Shown here: positions 19,532-27,563 of the stretch, in pieces
How positions within the stretch are numbered: the first letter of the stretch is position 1
Layout: every line of letters begins with the position of its first letter
From: Bryobacteraceae bacterium
Lineage (GTDB): Bacteria > Acidobacteriota > Terriglobia > Bryobacterales > Bryobacteraceae
Direction: 5' to 3'
Length of the DNA stretch: 64,000 nucleotides
Assembly: GCA_965217745.1 (NCBI GenBank)
Contig: OZ244565.1
Coordinates: forward strand, 5,075,281 to 5,139,280
Notes under the pieces: generated by a model
The model's input: only the letters and a program-made list of their open reading frames with translations
What the model was told of the DNA's origin: nothing
Database searches by the model: none
Position numbers and translations under genes: made by a program

Positions 19532-19761
19532 GCGGCACGGCTGGCGGCTACAACTTTGGCGGCGTGATTCTGCATCAAGCGGAGCATGTGATCGTACTGA
19601 ACGAAGTAATCCAGTTCAGCTTGTTCGGCTTCCGTCAGGGCATCGACTTTAGACTTCTCGATCAGGATTTCGACGTAGTCTTGGGATTCCTCTGATGGCC
19701 GAAGGGCGAGCATCTCTTCCGGGGTGAGTTTGCCGAAACCGAAGTCTACCTGAACGTCCAT
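19528..19761 (-). CDS. Small helical protein, partner of the HNH gene (function unknown)
   Basis: 77 aa, with its stop overlapping the HNH start by 4 nt. It aligns with the 82-aa ORF at 42791: TPEE..A.R.S...Q..VE.LI..K...L(T/S).(A/E)E.AELD......(D/E)H..R. Confidence 0.55.
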   Translation of the reverse strand: MDVQVDFGFGKLTPEEMLALRPSEESQDYVEILIEKSKVDALTEAEQAELDYFVQYDHMLRLMQNHAAKVVAASRAA

Positions 19762-19940
19762 AATTCAAATCATAAAGCTTCTATCGGCATTAAGGAAGGG
19801 TGTACCGGTTTCTCGCCTTCTTGATCTGCGCCGGGTGGTTCCCAATCTGAAGGCGCAATGCCACACTGCTGGAGAAGTGATATTCATGGCCTTCAGACAA
19901 GATAGCGCCTCGTACGGCTTGCGATAACCTGAAGGTATTC

Positions 19941-20450
19941 ATGGCAAATATCGGTGAAATCTTCAGCGGCGCGGCGGCCATTGCGAAGGGCATGGGCATC
20001 ACGTTCAAAGAGCTGATGACGCCTTCGATTACGGAAGATTACCCGGATGCTCCGGCGGTGCTGCAGGAACGTTTTCGCGGCGCGCACGTTTTGCAGCGGG
20101 ATGAGAATGGGCTGGAGAAGTGCGTCGCCTGCTTCCTTTGCGCGGCAGCCTGCCCGGCGGAGTGCATTTACATCGAAGCGGCCGAGAATACCGACCAGCA
20201 GCGAATCAGCGGCGGCGAGCGGTATGCGCAGGTGTACAACATCGATTACAACCGCTGCATCTTCTGCGGCTTTTGCGTGGAAGCCTGCCCGACGGACGCG
20301 ATTACTCACGGCCATGGCTTCGAATTGGCGAGCTATAACACCTCAACTTTGATCTACCGGAAAGACCAGATGCTGGTGAAGCTGCCCGAAGACGGCGCGG
20401 CTCCTTCGCAGCACAATCCTGCACCCGCTGGTGCGGCTCCAAAACTCTAA
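19941..20450 (+). CDS. nuoI: NADH-quinone oxidoreductase subunit I (2x[4Fe-4S] ferredoxin-type)
   Basis: 169 aa. ITFKEL..ITEDYPD..RFRGAHVLQRDENGLEKCVACFLCAAACPAECI and YNIDYNRCIFCGFCVEACPTDAI give two CxxCxxCxxxCP clusters in the NuoI arrangement. Confidence 0.9.
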   Translation: MANIGEIFSGAAAIAKGMGITFKELMTPSITEDYPDAPAVLQERFRGAHVLQRDENGLEKCVACFLCAAACPAECIYIEAAENTDQQRISGGERYAQVYNIDYNRCIFCGFCVEACPTDAITHGHGFELASYNTSTLIYRKDQMLVKLPEDGAAPSQHNPAPAGAAPKL

Positions 20451-20476
20451 GCTGTAAGCCTGAAGGCCGTAATCGC

Positions 20477-20908
20477 TTGGCCGGTCTTGTTTTTCTCGTT
20501 CAGGCAGTCTCGACACTGATGATGACGGGCTTGATCTGGTTCGTTCAGTTGGTCCATTATCCGCTGTTCGCGCTAATTCCAGGTAGCGTTCACGTGCAAT
20601 ATGCGCAGGAGCACCAGCGCAGAACGAGCTGGCTGGTAGGTCCGCTGATGGTGGCGGAGCTGATGACTTCCCTGGCGCTGCTGGTACCGGCATGCCGTCT
20701 TCCTCAGATTACATTTCAAAGCACATTGGCAGGGATTCTCCTGGTGATAGTCATATGGGTGTCGACAGCTTTATTGCAGATTCCCTTGCACACGCAGCTT
20801 GCGAAGGGTCTGGATCAGAAAGCTGTGGAAAGACTGGTGAGAGGAAACTGGGTCCGGACCGTGGCTTGGACGCTGCGCTCCGTATTGATTGCCAAATGGC
20901 TGCTCTGA
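20477..20908 (+). CDS. Hypothetical integral membrane protein (possibly DUF1772-like)
   Basis: 143 aa with a TTG start and four hydrophobic segments (LVFLVQAVSTLMMTGLIWFVQLVHYPLF...). The family assignment is tentative. Confidence 0.5.
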   Translation: MAGLVFLVQAVSTLMMTGLIWFVQLVHYPLFALIPGSVHVQYAQEHQRRTSWLVGPLMVAELMTSLALLVPACRLPQITFQSTLAGILLVIVIWVSTALLQIPLHTQLAKGLDQKAVERLVRGNWVRTVAWTLRSVLIAKWLL

Positions 20909-20922
20909 CGAAACGCTGAACG

Positions 20923-21678
20923 CTATTCGGCAGCCAAGGGCACAATGATAATGGGCGTGGTGGTGGGTGCCGCTGATCCGCTTTGCGGCTCGACGGAAAC
21001 GGCCACTGCCTTAGTTCCAGGCTCGACCGTGACAGGCGAGACCTGCACCGAACTGCCTTGCGCGTCCGACTTGAAGGTGCCGGCGGATTGCGGCCCACCA
21101 GAGGCGGGAATCAGCCAGAGTTGGAAAGTACGGTCGGAAGCGATCTTCGGCAAATCAGAACCGACGAACACGACGCCGGTACCGCGATTGACAAAGACGC
21201 GGCCATGCGGGGCATCGGCTTTACCGAAAGCGACCGACTGGGTGCCGGTACGAGCGAGATTCTTCAGAGTAGCTTCGAGAGCTGTGCGATTGCGGTTTGC
21301 TACGGTTAGGTCCGTGCGCATTTGGCCGTTCTGATAGCCCAGCCAGATGCAGCCTAAAAGGAGAGCAGCACAGGCGGCGCTTAAGGCATAGAGTGCGCCG
21401 GGAGATTTCCGTTCCGGAGCGACAGGCGGCGGCATGGCCACGATCTTGCTGCGGGTTTCGGGGATGCTGGCCAGGACGCGATCGCGGAGGGCGGCGGGCG
21501 GCTGTTCGAGAGGCGCGACACCAGCCAGTGCGGCAGTTAACGCGAACGCATCTTTGACATGGGAGGGGCAGTAATCGCAGCCCTCGGCGAGATGACGGTC
21601 GATTTCCGCTGCGAGTTCCGGCTCGAGCAGATTGAGCACGTAAAGTTCGTAGAGCTCGTCCATTTCGGTGTGCGTCAT
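20923..21678 (-). CDS. Anti-sigma factor (zf-HC2 N terminus, TM, RskA-like C-terminal domain)
   Basis: HLAEGCDYCPSHV gives Hx3Cx2C. The TM is ALYALSAACAALLLGCIWLGY. The C-terminal FQLWLIPASGGPQSAGTF matches the RskA pattern. I start it at ATG 21678, which gives an ATGA overlap with the sigma gene stop. Confidence 0.8.
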   Translation of the reverse strand: MTHTEMDELYELYVLNLLEPELAAEIDRHLAEGCDYCPSHVKDAFALTAALAGVAPLEQPPAALRDRVLASIPETRSKIVAMPPPVAPERKSPGALYALSAACAALLLGCIWLGYQNGQMRTDLTVANRNRTALEATLKNLARTGTQSVAFGKADAPHGRVFVNRGTGVVFVGSDLPKIASDRTFQLWLIPASGGPQSAGTFKSDAQGSSVQVSPVTVEPGTKAVAVSVEPQSGSAAPTTTPIIIVPLAAE

Positions 21679-22235
21679 TTTGCCGCACCTCCTCCCTGGA
21701 TGGCGGAACGAAGATTCTGGAGAGCGGAGCGGGTCCAACTCTTGACAGTTCCCAGAGGCTCGTGCAGGCGATCTGCGATTTCAGTTTGGGAAAAACCCTC
21801 GAAGTAAGCGAGTTCGAGAACCTTTTTTTGCTTGTCGTTCAGCACCGCAAAAGCCGCTTGGACGGCCCGGCCCTGATCGATAAGCGCTTCCTGTCCATGA
21901 CCGGCGTGAGCCACCTTATCGGCCGATTCCATGGGCGCCAGGCGATGGCTAAAGCGGGCGTGTGCCGAGCGGACATAATCTATACCCATGTTGCGAGCGA
22001 TAGAGATGATCCACACAGCTAAAGTGCCACGCGCCGGATCGAAGTCCCCGGCACGGTTCCAAATACGGATAAACAATTCCTGGACTAGATCCTCAGCGGT
22101 AGAAGTGTCGCGGGTAATCCGGAGAAAAAGCGAATAGACTAGCGGCGAGAAGCGATCATAGAGTGCGGCCACCGCCTCAGGATCGCGGTTTCGTAACTGC
22201 TCCGATAATTCGGTGTCGTTCGCCGTTACGCTCAT
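21675..22235 (-). CDS. ECF sigma factor (RpoE/SigK-like)
   Basis: 186 aa. Region 2 is AEDLVQELFIRIWNRAGDFDPARGTLAVWIISIARNMGIDYVR. Region 4 is LNDKQKKVLELAYFEGFSQTEIADRLHEPLGTVKSWTRSALQNLR. Confidence 0.9.
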   Translation of the reverse strand: MSVTANDTELSEQLRNRDPEAVAALYDRFSPLVYSLFLRITRDTSTAEDLVQELFIRIWNRAGDFDPARGTLAVWIISIARNMGIDYVRSAHARFSHRLAPMESADKVAHAGHGQEALIDQGRAVQAAFAVLNDKQKKVLELAYFEGFSQTEIADRLHEPLGTVKSWTRSALQNLRSAIQGGGAAK

Positions 22236-22378
22236 TCACTATCTGGGCCACTATAACTTCTAGATGCCCTCACAAGAATACTACGCTATTGATTCTCTAG
22301 CGGATGGGGTCGGCAGTACTGGCATTACTAAGACAGGGGTGCCTCGGTAAATCCGGCTAGCTGCCTGCAGAACCGTTA

Positions 22379-23269
22379 TTAGGTCGATCCGTTATTTTTT
22401 GGCGAGCCGGCAACAACTTGCGCGTGGTTGACGGCGGAGACAAGCGCTACGCCACCTAAGATGTTGCCGATGAGCGTGGGGATCAGGTAGCCGCTGAAAT
22501 ATGAAAACCAGGAAAGGTCGCCGAGGAACACCAGATAGATAACTTCGATGGATCCGGCGATGACGTGGGTGAGTTCGCCCAGGCTGACGATATAGGTGAG
22601 GACGACGACGATGGGCACGCGGCTGCCATTTGTGGCGGCGTTCATCCAGACCATCATGGCGATGAGCCATCCGGCAAAGACCCCGCGCCAGAGTGCGGTG
22701 CTGAAGGGCAAGCGGGTAGTTTCACGTGCCAACTCAGCGAGCGCTTGCTGGACCTCGGGTTTCAGGAATGTAGTATCGGCGGCGCCCCAGGCGAAGATGT
22801 GAGCCCCCACGAGATTTGCAACCAGAACCACTGTCCAGAGGCGGATGACTGCGATGAGCGTCTTTAGATCACGGCGGGCCATCAGGGGGATGATGGCGGT
22901 TAAGGTGTTCTCGGTGAAGAGCTGCTGCCGTCCGATGACTACCAGGAGAAAGCCGACTGAGTACCCGAGATTGACGATCAACGCTCGCCAGGGCGTTGCG
23001 GCCAGGTGAGCGCGAAGCAGCCCCTCAGCGACGAAAGAAAACCCCATAGAGAGGCCGGCGGCGAGACCGGACCAGGCGAGCGCTGAAACCGAGCGCTTAA
23101 GTTCTTCTTCACCGTCGCGGCGAACCGCTTCGTGAACTACGATGGCGCTGACGGAAGTGAGCTCCTGGGTTTCCCTGTGCTGCTGTCTGGTCAGGCGCGG
23201 AACGGCCGTTCCGCCCTGATTCTTCCGGGATTCGTCTTCTTCTTCGGCTTCCGTTGGCATGCGAGTCAA
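22379..23269 (-). CDS. Formate/nitrite transporter (FNT) family channel, YfdC-like
   Basis: 296 aa with a charged N-terminal extension of about 60 aa, then six TM segments. QQLFTENTL and ELTHVIAGS are characteristic of FNT proteins. Confidence 0.8.
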   Translation of the reverse strand: MTRMPTEAEEEDESRKNQGGTAVPRLTRQQHRETQELTSVSAIVVHEAVRRDGEEELKRSVSALAWSGLAAGLSMGFSFVAEGLLRAHLAATPWRALIVNLGYSVGFLLVVIGRQQLFTENTLTAIIPLMARRDLKTLIAVIRLWTVVLVANLVGAHIFAWGAADTTFLKPEVQQALAELARETTRLPFSTALWRGVFAGWLIAMMVWMNAATNGSRVPIVVVLTYIVSLGELTHVIAGSIEVIYLVFLGDLSWFSYFSGYLIPTLIGNILGGVALVSAVNHAQVVAGSPKNNGST

Positions 23270-23385
23270 TGATAAGCCGCGATTGGAAAGACTCCTGCCG
23301 GAAGATCTCTGGGAGCTAATCGGACGTGACTGCGCCCCTTGCTGGATTGCTCCGGCAAGGGGCGCAGCTTGTGCTTACGCTGCGA

Positions 23386-26300
23386 TTAGAAGGGGAAGGA
23401 CTGCTGGCCGCGCCAGTCGGGGATGGACGGGGCCGCGGTTTCGACGAAGCTCATGGGACGCTCTTCAAAGGTGTACTTCATGAAGAGGCCGCCGGAAGCT
23501 GCGGTGTAGTTGCGGGCGTTGCTCGCCGTTACGAATGCTCCGAGCATCCAATGCGGGGCCAGTTGGTAAGCGACGCGGCTGTCGAAACCGAAGTTGGCTC
23601 CGGTGCTGACCATGGCCGGGTACTGCTTGAGGCTAACCGCTTGAAGAGCCGGGTTGGTTGGATAGAAGTCCGATGCGTCTTCGGTGAAGTGCTGCAGGCC
23701 GAGGCTTCCGCCGAGGGTGTACTGCAGGCGGTCGTGAGTGCCGGTCCAGCGAACGGGCACGTTGAAGAGGAAATACTGCTGGGGACTGAAGTATCCGCCC
23801 TGGCCGGAGGTGAAGTAGCGCAGGTTGCGGTCGTAGCCCATGCCCGAGAAGTTCATGCCCGTGGTAAGGTCACCTTCTTTGACGCTGGAGACCTTCCACC
23901 AGGCGCCGGCGTTGCCGTTGAAACCGGAGTTCCTGGCGACGTTGCGGCCACGCAGAGATTGGTATCCGCCAGAGGCATAGATGCCGGAAGTGGCGTTACC
24001 CCAGTGGGCCTGAAGCGAAGCGGAATTCGACATGACACCGCCCATGATCTGATTCGACACAGGGTCACGGACACCGGCATAGGAGAGCATGGTGTCGCGA
24101 ACATTATCACGCTCAATTAAAAGGGTGATGGGGCCGCTGAAGGGCTGGAGCCGGAAGCCGCCGACCCAGCTGTTGGTGAGGAAGCCGTAAGGCGTTGCGC
24201 CGATGCGAAGGCCGACGGAGTTAGTGGAGAGCTGCGCTTCCGCTCCAAGACCGCTGGCCGATTGCGGGCCGAACCCGGCGGGCTTGGCCTGCGTGCCGAA
24301 GAGAGCTTCACCGGAACCGTTTGGCGTTCCTCCCGAGAGGTAAGTCGGCCTGGCGATAAGAGAAGCGCGCAGTGTGTCGGCGATGGTGGTGCTGGCTTCG
24401 AATTCGGCCTGCTCGACGATCAAGCGGTTAAAGCCGGACTGACCACCGCGTCCCCAGACGGACATGCGCGAACTGAGGTAGGGCGTGTTGCGGCTCTCAA
24501 TAGAGGCGAGTTTGTCTTCCACGCTGTCCGCAGCCGGGCGGCTCACCACCGAGTTCACCATCGGGTTGGCGCCCGTGAATATGCGGGACGAAGCCACGGT
24601 GGAGAATGCCTCCGGAGCCGGAGGGCGCATGGGGGCCGGGTCAGAGGCGGGAACAAAGGCATTGCCCGAGGGGCGCGAGTCGTAGCGCGAAAGATGCACT
24701 TCGACGGGCGCTTCACCGAAGAAGGCAGAAGCATTTTCGCGAGTGGCCGGGGGAGCCGTAGGTTCAAAAGCCGGGGCCGGCGCGTTGCCGCCTACCAGCA
24801 GCGACTTCAACGAATTCGACGAGGGAGCTTCGGCGACGGTCTGTTCGCCTTGCACCTTCTTTTGCGCCACAGCTTCTTTCCAGAAGAGACGGGCGTGCTT
24901 GAGGTCGCCGCGAGCCTGGGCCAACTCTCCTGCAAGGGTCAGAATTTTGGGGTTGTTAGGCCACTTTCGCATGGCGTCGTCGACCCAAGCGCCTGCGTAT
25001 TGGACATTATGTTCCGAGAGAGCCGCGCCGATCGCGCCGGCATAATCATCGGGCTGAGCACCGGCGAGTCCCCAATTGGAGTAGACATTGAGAGCCCGCT
25101 TGGAGTTACCGGAGGCCAGCAACCGGCCGGCGAGGGCACGCTGCAGATCGGGATTGCCGCGGTTGGCGCGGACACCCTCTTCGAGCAGCGCAACCGCGCG
25201 AGCATCGTCGCCAGCGGTATGCGCGGCGTCGGCGGCACGCAGAATCCAGGTGGACCACAGGTCAGAGAGCTGCTTGCGATTTTCCGGCGACATATCGGGC
25301 TGGCTGTCGACGTCTTCGAGCAGGCGATAGAGACGGCTGCTGGCATTCGGGGTATCGAGAAGGAGCCAGCCGAGCTGAAGCTTCTGGCCCAGAGCCGCCG
25401 ACGAGCTATTCCGGGATATATAGGTTTCGAGGAGGCGGGCAGCATAGCTGGACTGGCCGGTGGCAGCGTGCGCGCTGGCAAGAATGGTGACAATATCGGC
25501 TTCCTGTCCGAGACGCACGGCGGCCGATTGCGGGATGCGGGAAGCCACCGACACAATGGCGGCAGACTTATGCATCTGATTCAAGAGCAGCAGGCGCGAG
25601 CGCCAGATAGCGACATCGTTGGGCTGGGCTTCGGCGAGTTCGGCCAGAGTGGCCTCGGCTTCGGCGGTGTTCCCGAGTTTGGCGTTTAGGGCGGCGAGAT
25701 GCAAACGCAGTCCGGTACGCGCGGTTCCGGTGGGGCTGGGCTCGCTGGTTAACAGGGTTTGCAGGAGCGAGTGTGCTTCTTCCAGATCACCGTTGGCTTC
25801 CTTCAGCGATGCGAGCGACTGCTGGAAACCGGAGTGAGCAGACGCGATGTTTTTCGCTTTCGGGGTCATGCTGTCGTAGGCATGCTGCGCTTCGGCGTAG
25901 CGTTTCGAAGAGACCAGCGAAGAGACCAGCAGTTCCATGGCGGCCGTGTCCAGAGGCGCCATTCCGGTTGCGCGCTGGGCATAGATGACGGCCTGGCTGG
26001 GCTGATCGAAATCGAGCGCCAGAGTCGCCAGTTGGATCTGGGCAGCAGCAGGAAGATGCGAAGTATCGGCGGAAATGACTTCACGATAGAGAGTGAGCGC
26101 CTGGCTGGTTGCGCCGTCGGCCTGGTAGACGAGCGCCTGAAGAGCTTTCCACTCTACCTGAGGAGCGAGCTTCCGGGAAACAGCTTCAGGCATCGACGAA
26201 ATGGTTTGGAGAGCGGCTTTCGAATCGCCGGAATCGAGCGACGCTTTGACGAGATTGGTCCAACCGCTTTCGGAGGTTGGTTTTTGCGCGACCAGCTTTT

Positions 26301-27540
26301 TGAAGAACGGCATGGCCTGGGCGGGCTGCTGCGCGCCGAGGAGTGCGCCGCCGACGCCATTGAGAGCATCGGGATTATTCGGGTTCAGGGCCAGAGCAGA
26401 GCGGTAGAGTTCCGCAGCATGCGCCCAATCACGGGATTGAGCGGCAGCATCGGCCTGGCGCATAGCGCGGAAGAAGCTGGCGTCATGAAGGGCGCTCTTC
26501 ACATCGGCTCCCACGGACGGCAGATGGGAGGCAGCTTCAAATTCGTGAACCGCAGCGTCGAAGTCCTCCTTCTTCATAGCGACGTAGCCGAGACCGGCAT
26601 GAGCGCGGCTGCTGTTTCCAATACTTACAGCGGATTGAAAATGGCGCTCGGCCGCGGGGAGATTGCCGGCTTTCAGCGCCACATAGCCGGCCTGCTCTTC
26701 CCTGCTGCCGGGCGCGGCGGAAACATTGCGTGCAGCGGCTTGCGAGCGCATTGTGACGGTAGCGGATTCCAGTTCGGGATCGGGGTAGCGGCTCAGATAG
26801 TTTTGAACGGCCGGTGCGAAGGCAGCGTTTTCGCGTTCCCAGACGAGCGCTTGACGCCAGGCGATCTTCGCTTTCTGGGCTGCGGCGGTAGAGCCGGTGA
26901 CAGTGGAGAGCATGGTGACGCCCTCCTGCCGGGTGGCCGGCTTGTAGGTGAGCAGGCGGCCTTCGGCGACGCGGTAATCGGGAACGTTGGGATATCTGGC
27001 GGCTAATTCGCCAAGAGCACCGATGGCGGAGTCGACGCCACCGGGCGTGCCGGCGAGGGTTTCATAGTAGGAAACCGCCCAGCGTCCCGGAGGAGGGGCC
27101 GCGCCGAATACATCGCGATAGATGCGCATGGATTCGTCGAAGCGCTGCTCGCCGGACAAGCGGGCGGCTTCGTCGAGCCGGGCCTTCTTCTGCATGGAGA
27201 GGTCGGACGGATTCTTCGCGGAAAGCTCCGCTGTGCCGGGGGCAACCCTTCGTAAGCGCTCGAGATAGCTGTTGGCCTCGTCGGTGCGGTTATTGCGCTT
27301 GGCCCATCGCGCCAGGTGAGCAAGCGCGGTGGGCTGGCCGGGATCAGCGACCAGGACTTGCTGCCAGACCTGGGCAGCCAGATCTTCGCGGTCGCGGGCT
27401 TCCAGCGACTGGGCTTTCTGGGTGAGCAATTCGACTGGGGATGGCGAAGCTCCGGCCGCTGCCGCCGGAAGGATCTGTCCGCCGAGGAAGGCTGCCGCGA
27501 GAGCGGTACGAAAGATTTGATGAAGATATGAAGGTCGCAT
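23386..27540 (-). CDS. bcsC: Cellulose synthase operon protein C (TPR-rich periplasmic scaffold plus C-terminal outer-membrane beta-barrel)
   Basis: 1384 aa. A signal peptide is followed by about 900 aa of TPR-like repeats and a Pro/Ala-rich linker. A BCSC_C-like barrel (..YLSSRMSVWGRGGQSGFNRL.. to terminal ..RGQQSFPF) ends the protein. It lies directly downstream of bcsAB. Confidence 0.9.
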   Translation of the reverse strand: MRPSYLHQIFRTALAAAFLGGQILPAAAAGASPSPVELLTQKAQSLEARDREDLAAQVWQQVLVADPGQPTALAHLARWAKRNNRTDEANSYLERLRRVAPGTAELSAKNPSDLSMQKKARLDEAARLSGEQRFDESMRIYRDVFGAAPPPGRWAVSYYETLAGTPGGVDSAIGALGELAARYPNVPDYRVAEGRLLTYKPATRQEGVTMLSTVTGSTAAAQKAKIAWRQALVWERENAAFAPAVQNYLSRYPDPELESATVTMRSQAAARNVSAAPGSREEQAGYVALKAGNLPAAERHFQSAVSIGNSSRAHAGLGYVAMKKEDFDAAVHEFEAASHLPSVGADVKSALHDASFFRAMRQADAAAQSRDWAHAAELYRSALALNPNNPDALNGVGGALLGAQQPAQAMPFFKKLVAQKPTSESGWTNLVKASLDSGDSKAALQTISSMPEAVSRKLAPQVEWKALQALVYQADGATSQALTLYREVISADTSHLPAAAQIQLATLALDFDQPSQAVIYAQRATGMAPLDTAAMELLVSSLVSSKRYAEAQHAYDSMTPKAKNIASAHSGFQQSLASLKEANGDLEEAHSLLQTLLTSEPSPTGTARTGLRLHLAALNAKLGNTAEAEATLAELAEAQPNDVAIWRSRLLLLNQMHKSAAIVSVASRIPQSAAVRLGQEADIVTILASAHAATGQSSYAARLLETYISRNSSSAALGQKLQLGWLLLDTPNASSRLYRLLEDVDSQPDMSPENRKQLSDLWSTWILRAADAAHTAGDDARAVALLEEGVRANRGNPDLQRALAGRLLASGNSKRALNVYSNWGLAGAQPDDYAGAIGAALSEHNVQYAGAWVDDAMRKWPNNPKILTLAGELAQARGDLKHARLFWKEAVAQKKVQGEQTVAEAPSSNSLKSLLVGGNAPAPAFEPTAPPATRENASAFFGEAPVEVHLSRYDSRPSGNAFVPASDPAPMRPPAPEAFSTVASSRIFTGANPMVNSVVSRPAADSVEDKLASIESRNTPYLSSRMSVWGRGGQSGFNRLIVEQAEFEASTTIADTLRASLIARPTYLSGGTPNGSGEALFGTQAKPAGFGPQSASGLGAEAQLSTNSVGLRIGATPYGFLTNSWVGGFRLQPFSGPITLLIERDNVRDTMLSYAGVRDPVSNQIMGGVMSNSASLQAHWGNATSGIYASGGYQSLRGRNVARNSGFNGNAGAWWKVSSVKEGDLTTGMNFSGMGYDRNLRYFTSGQGGYFSPQQYFLFNVPVRWTGTHDRLQYTLGGSLGLQHFTEDASDFYPTNPALQAVSLKQYPAMVSTGANFGFDSRVAYQLAPHWMLGAFVTASNARNYTAASGGLFMKYTFEERPMSFVETAAPSIPDWRGQQSFPF

Positions 27541-27563
27541 AAAAGTAATCCGGGTGTAAACAG

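Noticed and set aside
23326-27006. Long plus-strand ORFs opposite bcsC: 264 aa at 23326-24120, 475 aa at 24262-25689 and 415 aa at 25759-27006.
   Set aside because: They lie entirely antisense to a gene with strong TPR and BcsC-barrel signatures. Their translations are Arg/Gly/Ala-rich low-complexity text, typical of the reverse frame of GC-rich genes. I recognise no motifs, signal peptides or sensible starts.
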